The position numbers were made by a program, and so were the translations under genes. Of a stretch of 64,000 nucleotides of DNA, positions 52,396-60,022 are shown in pieces (position 1 is the stretch's first letter; the number at the start of each line of letters is the position of its first letter). The notes beneath the pieces were generated by a model. It searched no databases. It was not told where the DNA came from and worked only from the letters and a program-made list of their open reading frames with translations. This DNA is from Dehalococcoidia bacterium (GTDB taxonomy: Bacteria > Chloroflexota > Dehalococcoidia > Plut-88900): contig CBDFLQ010000006.1 of NCBI GenBank assembly GCA_965249275.1, forward strand, positions 608,001 to 672,000. Direction: 5' to 3'.

Positions 52396-52560
52396 TTATC
52401 CGTCGCTCAAGCCCGATACAATTGTGATCTCTTCAAGGGCCTTGCGGCAGTCGGGGCAGCGGCGTGTCTTGTACATCCGGATCGTAGCGTCGATGTCCAT
52501 GTATTCCTTGTCCCGCGGGACCTTGCTCCAGATCACGTCGCAGGAATTGCAGATCAACAC
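52396..52560 (-). CDS. 54-aa Zn-ribbon-like microprotein (not in ORF track)
   Basis: Manual translation (V/M)LICNSCDVIWSKVPRDKEYMDIDATIRMYKTRRCPDCRKALEEITIVSGLSDG*; two CxxC; stop 12 nt before the next gene. Confidence 0.6.
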   Translation of the reverse strand: MLICNSCDVIWSKVPRDKEYMDIDATIRMYKTRRCPDCRKALEEITIVSGLSDG

Positions 52561-52629
52561 GTTGGCATTCGCTGAATATTAGCCTCCCTAGTCGGCCCCG
52601 CGTAACAACTAATTTTATCACACCCCTTT

Positions 52630-52821
52630 CCGTCATCCTCGAGTCCGATTTGGGATCCATCTCAGCGGGCGGGGGGCCGTTCGCCCTGAGCGTAGTCGAA
52701 GGGTCTCAAGAACGGAATGGGGCGGGGATTCCGCTCGCCCTATCGAAGATGCGCCGTGGCGTGAGCGCGCTGTAAGTCCGCCGAGGCGGATCGAAGGGTC
52801 TCAAGACCGGAATGGGGCGGG
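52630..52821. repeat. Cluster of REP-like elements: one CGTC hairpin plus two tandem CCCT..GAGC..TCGAAGGG units
   Basis: Direct repeat TCGAAGGGTCTCAAGA(A/C)CGGAATGGGGCGGG at 52696 and 52791. Confidence 0.8.
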
Positions 52822-52840
52822 CCTCCCCCCGACGCGCGAA

Positions 52841-52871
52841 ACACGGGCCCGAGCTAAGCTCGGGCCCGTGT
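52841..52871 (-). terminator. Hairpin downstream of the vWA gene
   Basis: ACACGGGCCCGAGCT-A-AGCTCGGGCCCGTGT; short U tract on the minus strand. Confidence 0.6.
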
Positions 52872-52896
52872 CCCAAACTTTGTGCCGAAAGTGCCT

Positions 52897-54693
52897 CTAA
52901 GGACTGTACCCCGAACCCCCGGAGCCGCCCTCATAGCTGGGCAGCGTATTCACAAGGTAGGCCAGCACGTAGTCGAAATCGTTGTACGAGTCCAAGTAGG
53001 ACAGACCCGACCTGAAAGACTCCAACCGACTCTTTAGCGCCCTCAAATCACTGCCTATTAGCGATGCCCCTTCTGCCTCCACGTACGGCAGGCTGCCGTA
53101 GCTATCGGAGGCCAGGGCCACTATCGACCCGAACCGCAGCAAGTCGTCACCCGAGTCGTCAAATCGGATGTCGTTGTAACCCCGAATCTCCGCGTCCTGC
53201 TGCCTCGTTTCCCCGCTGATGGGAGTGACCCACCTGACATGCACGTCTCCCAGCCTGATGGGCTGTCCACTCGGGGCTCCGGCCCTGTGAGTCAGCCGTA
53301 TTTCGTAGAAGACGGTTGTCGCAGTGCCGGATGGAATCTCCGCAAACTCCTTCCGGTTCTCCTCGAAGGCCTGGTCGGGGGCTATCCGATTCTCGTACCC
53401 GACAAGCCGCCACGAATCAACCGACGCAGGGTCCCACTCCACCTGGGCTCGAGTCTGGTCGGCAAAGGGAGTCGAGATTGTGGTCCAGTTATCCCGGCTG
53501 AACGTGGCCCGGGCCTGGCTTGCATCATCCAGATACCTGTACCATCCGTTGCCATACTGCGCCAGCTGCTCCAGCAGGTAGTCGTTGTAGTTCTCGATAC
53601 CCACCCCGATAGTGATAAGCCGCAGCGGATTGTTGCTTTGCCGGTCGTCCGCCGTCCGCAGGATTGCAAAGGGGTCCGTCGCATCCACGTTGGCAACGCC
53701 GTCCGACATCAGGATCACGTAGTTGTAGGAGTCGGGGCGGTCATACCGCATCCGGTCGGCGATGCGTACGCCCAGGTTAAGTCCGGCCTGCACGTTGGTG
53801 CTGTTGTTGGGCCGAAGATTCCCTATGGAATTGGAGACCGCTCGGTCATCTGGCCTCCGGCTTTCAACCGTGTACCGGCCGATGATGTCATCCGAAAATT
53901 GGACGACGGATATGCGATCATTACTCCCAAGGCTATTTCTTATCGAGTCCGCCGCCGCCCGAGCTATTTCCACCCGGTTCCCACTCGACATTGACCCCGA
54001 GGCATCCAGCACCAGTGTTACGTTGAGGGGCCTGTTATCATCCCTCACGTCCGGGGCCTGGAACGTTATCCGGGCCAGGTGCATCTCGCTCTGCAGCGGG
54101 TGCTCCACCAGCGCCGAGGAGATTGCAAAGCTGTTGTTGTCTCTCGGCCGCGCGTACTGGTAGTTGAAAGCGTTGACCCATTCTTCCGCTCTCACTGAGT
54201 CCGGGTCGACCTGGTATCCTTCCCTCGCCCAGTTCAGAGCAAGCTGGAACGACGTGCGGTCGGTGTCCAGGCTGAACGTGGAAGTTCTGTCCCGAGATGT
54301 CGCAACCAACGGGCTGCGCCGGTAGTCCTGGAAAGTTGTCGCCGCAGGCACGGCGGTCGGGAACGGCGCTTCTGCACTGTCTGCGCCTGAACGGGCCCAT
54401 GCAAACGGGGTTGGTTCCGGCATCGCCGTCGCCCCTACAGAATAGGATGAAGAGCTATCTTGACCGGAGTCGGCGCTTTCGGCCATCGCTGTCGGCTCTG
54501 GCATCGCCATCGCCGGCACCGCAGTTGATGTGGCCCTCACCTCGTACGAATCCGAGTCGGGCGTATAGGAAGTACTATCTTGTCGCTCCCTCATCGCCCC
54601 GGGCGTTGCCGTCGCACCTTCTGCACAAGCGAACCCCACTATCGCCACCACCATTGTCAAAATCAGGGCCATTGCTAAATGTCTAAACAGCAT
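52897..54693 (-). CDS. vWA-domain lipoprotein (YfbK-like)
   Basis: Lipobox-like GFAC, low-complexity linker, STFSLDTD, VRAEEWVNAF, MIDAS DASGS, MSDGVAN, LVGYENR. Confidence 0.88.
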   Translation of the reverse strand: MLFRHLAMALILTMVVAIVGFACAEGATATPGAMRERQDSTSYTPDSDSYEVRATSTAVPAMAMPEPTAMAESADSGQDSSSSYSVGATAMPEPTPFAWARSGADSAEAPFPTAVPAATTFQDYRRSPLVATSRDRTSTFSLDTDRTSFQLALNWAREGYQVDPDSVRAEEWVNAFNYQYARPRDNNSFAISSALVEHPLQSEMHLARITFQAPDVRDDNRPLNVTLVLDASGSMSSGNRVEIARAAADSIRNSLGSNDRISVVQFSDDIIGRYTVESRRPDDRAVSNSIGNLRPNNSTNVQAGLNLGVRIADRMRYDRPDSYNYVILMSDGVANVDATDPFAILRTADDRQSNNPLRLITIGVGIENYNDYLLEQLAQYGNGWYRYLDDASQARATFSRDNWTTISTPFADQTRAQVEWDPASVDSWRLVGYENRIAPDQAFEENRKEFAEIPSGTATTVFYEIRLTHRAGAPSGQPIRLGDVHVRWVTPISGETRQQDAEIRGYNDIRFDDSGDDLLRFGSIVALASDSYGSLPYVEAEGASLIGSDLRALKSRLESFRSGLSYLDSYNDFDYVLAYLVNTLPSYEGGSGGSGYSP

Positions 54694-54777
54694 TTCTCGG
54701 ACCTCCTTCTGGTCGTGTATAGACTGTTAGACGTTTAGCCCTTGTCTTTTGTTCCCTTCCGCTCCCACCTCTCCATC

Positions 54778-55155
54778 CATCATTCTCGTGCCCCGACACG
54801 GGAATCCACTCCCCAGGCGCGGGGCCGCTCACCCTGAGCGACGAGTCGAAGGGTCGAGCGAGGGGTGGCCCACCTTTGCCAATCCGTCGCCTGTGCCACC
54901 CCACCCACCCCCTACCCCTCCCGATGCCCCGCGAGGGATCTAAAGCGCCCGCCTGCACAACACAGATGCCTATCCGACCATCCTTGTCCCTCTTCCACCC
55001 CCTTCATTCCCGACTCCGATCGGGAATCCATCCCCCTCCCCCCAGTACTGAATTAGAGGCCCACGTGCGTGCTCTGCACGCACGTGGGCCTCTATTCTTA
55101 TCTCCCCCTCTCCCTTAATGGCCCTAAGGGAGAGGGGGATCAAGGGGGTGAGGGT
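54778..55155. repeat. Mosaic of different REP-like palindromes
   Basis: TCATTC..GGAATCCA hairpins (54778, 55004); CCCTGAGC..TCGAAGGG unit (54825); 19-bp perfect IR (55054-55094); CCCTCTCCC..GGGAGAGGG + GGGGTGAGGG element (55103-55155). Confidence 0.75.
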
Positions 55156-55203
55156 TCCCCTGTGGGGCTGGGGCGGTGTCCCCCCAAGTGTGACACGACC
55201 CCC

Positions 55204-55233
55204 TTGACCCGATATGAACATTAGTGCTATTCT
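55204..55233 (+). promoter_or_regulatory. sigma70-like promoter with a LexA-box-like site in the spacer
   Basis: TTGACC-18nt-TATTCT with extended TG; GAAC-ATTA-GTGC at 55216-55227. Confidence 0.5.
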
Positions 55234-55419
55234 CCCCACCGTTCGAACACCACCCTAACTATCTCAAGGAGGAACCAAAAACCCAGGGAAGCCCACCCGA
55301 CCCACCCGAGGACTCAACGTCCCAGCCCATCCCAAAGGGCGGCCCACGCGCCGCCCCACGGCTCAAGCGAAAGCCGCCATCTCCTCATCCATAGGTCCCG
55401 GCCCACCCTTCCCCAACCC

Positions 55420-55895
55420 TGGCGATGGAAGACGCCTTGGATTCGTAAAACTGAAGACTCCACCACCTCTTACCAGGTGGTCGAGAGCAGGTCTCCTCTC
55501 TTGTGAGTGAGGAGGTCTGAAAAGACCCGACGCCACCGTGCGAAGCGGGCAGGGCGCTCATTAAGTGCCCACGCGGAGGGGCCGGACCGAGCCGAGAAGT
55601 CCTCGGTGTCCCCCGTGTCTAAGTCGTTTCCGCCGTCGCTCCCGGCTCCCGGACGCTTCGGCAATGTTTGAATTACTACTCCTGTGGGGCCTACAGCTGG
55701 ACCCGGCCCCCTTAGGCTGCTCTAAAGCAGTACAGCCAACCCACGTGTAGGAGCCGTGTCGGACCGCCCGCCCCGGTCGAGTCCATGCAGCAGTCGAGCA
55801 AATGGGGCAGCGGCAGGTGCGTCCCCACCCCGGGACGCCCGAATCCCCGCTGTATCGCAACAGGGGCACCTTCCAAAGAGCGTCTTCCATCGCCA
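55420..55895 (+). ncRNA. Candidate large structured RNA (alternatively a MITE); family not recognised
   Basis: Perfect 16-bp terminal IR, at least 7 internal hairpins with + strand G-U pairs, C(UUCG)G loop, no credible ORF. Confidence 0.55.
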
Positions 55896-55954
55896 ACCCA
55901 CCAACCAAAAAACCCAAAGCAGTCCCAACCCCCCACAACTGAATCCCCCACCCC

Positions 55955-55963
55955 TGCTATAAT
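55955..55963 (+). promoter_or_regulatory. Extended -10 promoter of the amidohydrolase operon
   Basis: TGCTATAAT 30 nt upstream of ATG 55993, with a GGAGG RBS. Confidence 0.6.
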
Positions 55964-55992
55964 CGGCTCATCCCCTCCCCCGGAGGCCACAC

Positions 55993-57078
55993 ATGAGACC
56001 GCCATTTCAGGTCATAGACTCCGACGGCCACATCAACGAGCCCGAAGAGATCATCGCTACCTACTTGCCGCCTCCCTACGACGCCTATCTCCACGCCTGG
56101 AAGCCCAATGCAGAGGGCGCCATCCACTACAACAACACCTTGGTGCCCAAGCAGCCCGGCATGGACCCCACCATGGGCGGCACCCTGGGCACGAACGGCC
56201 CTGCAGGTTTCCCCTTCCCATCCGACTGGCTTGCAATCATGGACGAGGCCGGAGTTGAGAAGACCTACCTCTATCCCACCGCCTTCCTTCCCTACTCCAT
56301 GATGGTCGACCCCGAATACACCGTCGCCGTGACCCGGGCCTACAACTCCTTCATCCACGATCACTGGCTGCAGGTCAACGACAGGTTCGGCGCGGTCGCC
56401 GTCATGCCCCTGCTGGACGCCGAGGAGTCCGCCAAAGAGCTGCGAAGGTCGGTGACAGAGCTCGGTTTTGCGGGGGCATTCACACCCGCCGTGGGCTACG
56501 GACTTATCGGCAGGAAGCAGAACCACCCCTTCTTCGCCGAGGCCCAGGACCTCGACACCACCGTCGCCATCCACGGCGGCCACGCTACGGCCGAATACAT
56601 CCCCTACACCCGGTTCATCCAGCGCCACGCCGTAGGATTCCCGGTTTCGCAGATCATCCAGATGACCAGCCTCGCCCTGGAGGGAATCTTCGAGCTATTC
56701 CCCACCCTCCGCGTCGCCTTTCTTGAAGCCGGATGCACATGGGTGCCCTACATGCTCGACCGGCTCGACGAGGAATGGGAGCTCCGCGGCAAGGTCGAGG
56801 CCCCCAACTGCAAGCGCGCTCCCAGCGAGTACCTACGCGGCAACAACGTATTCGTCCACCTTGAACCCGACGAGAAACTCCTCCCTCAGACCATCGACAT
56901 CCTCGGCGACGACGCCCTGGTCTACGCCTCCGACTGGCCTCACTGGGACAACGACTTCCCCAACAGCATCGACCACATCTGGGGTAGGGAAGACATCACA
57001 GAAGGTCAGAAACGGGCCATCCTCAGGGACAATCCCCTCGCCATGTACGGCATCAGTGACTCGGAAGGAGGCGTTTAA
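55993..57078 (+). CDS. Amidohydrolase_2 family protein
   Basis: IDSDGH, LYPT, AIHG, LEAG, ASDWPH. Confidence 0.92.
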   Translation: MRPPFQVIDSDGHINEPEEIIATYLPPPYDAYLHAWKPNAEGAIHYNNTLVPKQPGMDPTMGGTLGTNGPAGFPFPSDWLAIMDEAGVEKTYLYPTAFLPYSMMVDPEYTVAVTRAYNSFIHDHWLQVNDRFGAVAVMPLLDAEESAKELRRSVTELGFAGAFTPAVGYGLIGRKQNHPFFAEAQDLDTTVAIHGGHATAEYIPYTRFIQRHAVGFPVSQIIQMTSLALEGIFELFPTLRVAFLEAGCTWVPYMLDRLDEEWELRGKVEAPNCKRAPSEYLRGNNVFVHLEPDEKLLPQTIDILGDDALVYASDWPHWDNDFPNSIDHIWGREDITEGQKRAILRDNPLAMYGISDSEGGV

Positions 57079-57512
57079 TGCCTCGATTCCCCTCTCTGGA
57101 ATGGTTCGAGGAAGTCCGCCAGGTCTTCAACAGCGACGACGCCTTTCAGACCGCCGGCGGCGGCTCCTGCGACGCCATCGTCGGGCTCAAGATAGAGAAT
57201 GAAATCTACGTCATCGTCTTCGAAGGTTTCGAGTGTAGCTCTGTCAGTCTGGCGGGAGAGGACGATCTCTACGAGGCCGACTTCTACCTCGAAATGACCA
57301 GCGACGAGTGGTCGGAAATGATCCTGAATATCTCCGAACATGGCTCAGCAGACCTGGACCATTCCCTAAACAGCCTGGACCTCAACAAGTCCCCCGACAG
57401 CCTCGCCCACTCTCTGAACGAAGACGGGTACCGCCTGGACTTCTTCTTCCGCTACAACCAGACCTTCCAGTACTTCTTCGACGCCTCCTCCCGCGTCGAC
57501 ACGCAGTTCTAG
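57078..57512 (+). CDS. Acidic hypothetical protein, possibly SCP2-like fold
   Basis: FPSLEWF N-terminus, ADFYLEM...W; TAATG coupling to the amidohydrolase. Confidence 0.65.
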   Translation: MPRFPSLEWFEEVRQVFNSDDAFQTAGGGSCDAIVGLKIENEIYVIVFEGFECSSVSLAGEDDLYEADFYLEMTSDEWSEMILNISEHGSADLDHSLNSLDLNKSPDSLAHSLNEDGYRLDFFFRYNQTFQYFFDASSRVDTQF

Positions 57513-57616
57513 TTCTTCCGCCAACCGTCCACCTGTCCGGCCCCGGAGACAGTATTCTTGCCTCTTAGCTGTCGCCTCGCTAAACTGTGCCTCACAGAAC
57601 CTGTGAGGCTGTGACC

Positions 57617-57898
57617 ATGAAAAACATCACCCTATCCATCGATGAACACACCCATCGGCAGGCGCGTATAAGAGCTGCGGAGTTGGGCACTTCGGTGTCC
57701 GCTCTGGTCAGAAGCTACCTCCAGTCACTGATAGCCCAGCCCATTGAAAAACCCGTAGCCAATGGACAGGACACAGAGACTCCCCTTGAGCGTCAACAGC
57801 GTCTCAAAGACTTCTTCGAGGGATTCGACGCCAGAGGCAGAGGAGTATCCGAGATTCTCCCTCGCGAAGCCATCTACGACCGCAATGCGCTTCGTTGA
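57617..57898 (+). CDS. RHH-type (CopG/DUF6364-like) antitoxin, copy 1 (orphan)
   Basis: MKNITLSIDE..RQARIRAAELGTSVSALVRSYL; C-terminal REAIYDR. Confidence 0.85.
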   Translation: MKNITLSIDEHTHRQARIRAAELGTSVSALVRSYLQSLIAQPIEKPVANGQDTETPLERQQRLKDFFEGFDARGRGVSEILPREAIYDRNALR

Positions 57899-57917
57899 TA
57901 CCAACCAGAAACTGTGA
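57885..57917 (+). pseudogene. Stub of a PIN toxin gene (MRFVDTN then QKL*)
   Basis: First 7 codons encode the same residues as the start of the toxin at 58202, then the sequence jumps to the repeat start. Confidence 0.75.
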
Positions 57918-57927
57918 GGCTGTGACC

Positions 57928-58215
57928 ATGAAAAACATCACCCTATCCATCGATGAACACACCCATCGCCAAGCTCGTATAAGAGCTGCGGAGCTGGGCA
58001 CTTCAGTGTCGGCGCTCGTCAGAAGCTACCTCCAGTCACTGATAGCCGAGCCCGTGGAGGAGAAGGTGACTGAAGAGGAGTCGGAGACGCCCATCGAACG
58101 TCGGCGCAGACTCCTGAAAGGGGCAGTTGACTCTATTACCGCAAACGGAGGGGGATTGCGCATGTCAGAGAATCTCCCCCGAGATGCCCTCTATGACCGC
58201 AATGCGTTTCGTTGA
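57928..58215 (+). CDS. RHH-type antitoxin, copy 2 (cognate to the PIN toxin)
   Basis: Same N-terminal 39 aa as copy 1; overlaps the toxin start. Confidence 0.85.
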   Translation: MKNITLSIDEHTHRQARIRAAELGTSVSALVRSYLQSLIAEPVEEKVTEEESETPIERRRRLLKGAVDSITANGGGLRMSENLPRDALYDRNAFR

Positions 58216-58615
58216 TACCAACGTCCTGCTCTACGCCGCTTGTGCTCTATCCGAGGAGGCTAACAAGCGCCATCGCGCCATCGACCTCCTAAAGGAAGGT
58301 GACTTAGCGTTGTCCGTACAGGTAATTCAGGAGTTCTACTACCAGTCAACTCGGGTGAGTCGTCAGGCACACATAACTCACGAACAAGCCATAAATTTCA
58401 TTGGGAGCATGGACACCTTTCCGGTACAGCCCATTAATCTCGACATCTTCCATGCAGCAGTGTCGATCTCCCAACGCTTCCAGTTGTCATACTGGGACGG
58501 TGCAATCCTCGCCGCCGCCCGAGCCCTCCGCTGTGACGCCGTCTACTCTGAAGATATGAGCTCAGAGCAGGACTACGACGGCCTCCGAGTCATAAACCCG
58601 TTCACCGCCCCATAA
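58202..58615 (+). CDS. PIN-domain (VapC-like) toxin
   Basis: FVDTNVLLY, QVIQEF, LSYWD, YSEDM, INPF. Confidence 0.92.
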   Translation: MRFVDTNVLLYAACALSEEANKRHRAIDLLKEGDLALSVQVIQEFYYQSTRVSRQAHITHEQAINFIGSMDTFPVQPINLDIFHAAVSISQRFQLSYWDGAILAAARALRCDAVYSEDMSSEQDYDGLRVINPFTAP

Positions 58616-58622
58616 CCCTCCC

Positions 58623-58652
58623 TTGACCCCACCCCCCACCCCACCCTAAACT
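58623..58652 (+). promoter_or_regulatory. sigma70-like promoter with a C-tract spacer
   Basis: TTGACC-18nt-TAAACT, 41 nt upstream of ATG 58694 (GGAGG RBS). Confidence 0.55.
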
Positions 58653-58693
58653 CCCCCAAAATCAAGCGTCCCTATCCTTCCGGAGGCACACCC

Positions 58694-60022
58694 ATGTCCA
58701 CTAACGAGTCCAGAAAATACGTCATAATCGGCGCGGGAATTCACGGTCTCAGCACCGCGTGGCACCTGGCAATGGACCTCAAGAGCCGTGGCCAAGGCTC
58801 CGGCAGGGACATACTGGTCCTCGAAAAGAGCCATGTCGGAGCGGGGGCTACAGGCGTAGCCTGCGGCAACGTCCGAAACTTCTACATGACCGAGGCCCTG
58901 CACCCCATCCTCAAGCACAGCGTCGACGTCTGGATGCACGACCCAATCAACTTCGGGTTTCAGCAGGTGGGATACGTCTCCTGCGGCGAGGCCAACCAGA
59001 CCCCCGACTTCGAGAAGATGCACAAGTCTCACAATTCGGTGGACTACACTTCCAACCTGTACGTCGGCAAGGAGGCCCGAGACTTCCTCACGTCCATCTG
59101 GCCCGACTTCAAGACCGATGGCATAGACGTGGCCCTGGACGAACGTCTTAGCGGTTACGTCGGCACCCGAAACGTTCTCCGCGGTCTGGTGGAGAAATGT
59201 GAGCAACACGGGGTCGAGATTCGCACGGGCGTCGAGGTCACGGGCTACGACACCCGGGCAGGTAGCGTCAAGGCAGTAACCACAAACCAGGGCGAAATCG
59301 ACTGCGACGCGGTCATCTGGGCCCTCGGCGCCTGGACTCCCAAGCACTGGGCCATGCTCGGCAAGCCCTCCCACATCGACTGCTCCTACTCGGACGGCTC
59401 CATAATCAACAAGGACATGTGGACCTTCTGGAGACTCCGGGAAGGCGAGGTCTACTTCGACGAACCCTACGTAACTCCGGAGGGCAAGAATCCCCCCATC
59501 CTCCACATCGAGAAGATGAGCACCCCCGTCTACGACGAGAGCACTGGCGAGATGCTCCGGGACTACCTGTACGTATACTTCAAGAACGCCAACGAACGGA
59601 TGGAGAGCCCCGGCCTCCAGGGCGGCATCACACCCGTCAAGATTGGCCCCGACGCCGTTGTAGACCCCTACGGCCACTCCAACGAGCTCTACCAGGCCGA
59701 GCCCGAGTTCGCCGACTACTTCTGCGCCGCAATGGGCGCCACAATGTCCCGTTTCGAAGGCATCAGGTCGTCCTTCAAGCAACGGCCCAACGGCGGCATC
59801 GGCGCTTTCACGCCCGACAACCTGCCCGTCCTCGACTGGGTGGCCCCCAACGTCTACATGATCGAAGACAGCAACCACGGCTTCAAGATGATCGGGATAG
59901 GTAAGCTGGTATCCAAGCTCCTGATGGGTGAGGATGTCCCGGACCTGAAACCCTTCGCCTTCAGCCGCTACGCCGAGGGCAAGACCTTCGGCAGCAACAA
60001 CAGCCATTCGCCGTGGGTGTAG
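58694..60022 (+). CDS. FAD-dependent oxidoreductase, DAO/sarcosine-oxidase-beta family (MgdA-like)
   Basis: IIGAGIHGLSTAWHLA, GATGVACGNVRN, FTPD, DSNHGFKMIG, HSPWV. Confidence 0.85.
   Translation: MSTNESRKYVIIGAGIHGLSTAWHLAMDLKSRGQGSGRDILVLEKSHVGAGATGVACGNVRNFYMTEALHPILKHSVDVWMHDPINFGFQQVGYVSCGEANQTPDFEKMHKSHNSVDYTSNLYVGKEARDFLTSIWPDFKTDGIDVALDERLSGYVGTRNVLRGLVEKCEQHGVEIRTGVEVTGYDTRAGSVKAVTTNQGEIDCDAVIWALGAWTPKHWAMLGKPSHIDCSYSDGSIINKDMWTFWRLREGEVYFDEPYVTPEGKNPPILHIEKMSTPVYDESTGEMLRDYLYVYFKNANERMESPGLQGGITPVKIGPDAVVDPYGHSNELYQAEPEFADYFCAAMGATMSRFEGIRSSFKQRPNGGIGAFTPDNLPVLDWVAPNVYMIEDSNHGFKMIGIGKLVSKLLMGEDVPDLKPFAFSRYAEGKTFGSNNSHSPWV

Noticed and set aside
55437-55466. GGATTCG...CTCCACCA resembling tmRNA/tRNA ends
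   Set aside because: No T-arm or acceptor stem pairing
55487-55500. Minus-strand AGGAGACCTGC resembling a cobalamin riboswitch B12 box
   Set aside because: Lacks the AGYC prefix and the GGGAA and GCCACTG elements; G-U pairing favours the + strand
55451-55525. CTGAAGA resembling a hammerhead core
   Set aside because: No GAAA directly after the candidate stem II, and no stems I/III
55650-55722. Minus-strand CAGCCTAAG..AACATTGCCGAAG resembling HEARO/IscB omega-RNA motifs
   Set aside because: The motifs are too close together, other elements are absent, and there is no iscB/tnpB ORF; a cmscan should still be run
55750-55800. GAGCCGTG resembling group II intron domain V
   Set aside because: The 3' strand does not give the CGGTTC-type pairing; no RT or maturase nearby
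55470-56005. Short ORFs within the IR-bounded element
   Set aside because: Low-complexity translations, no RBS and no recognisable domains
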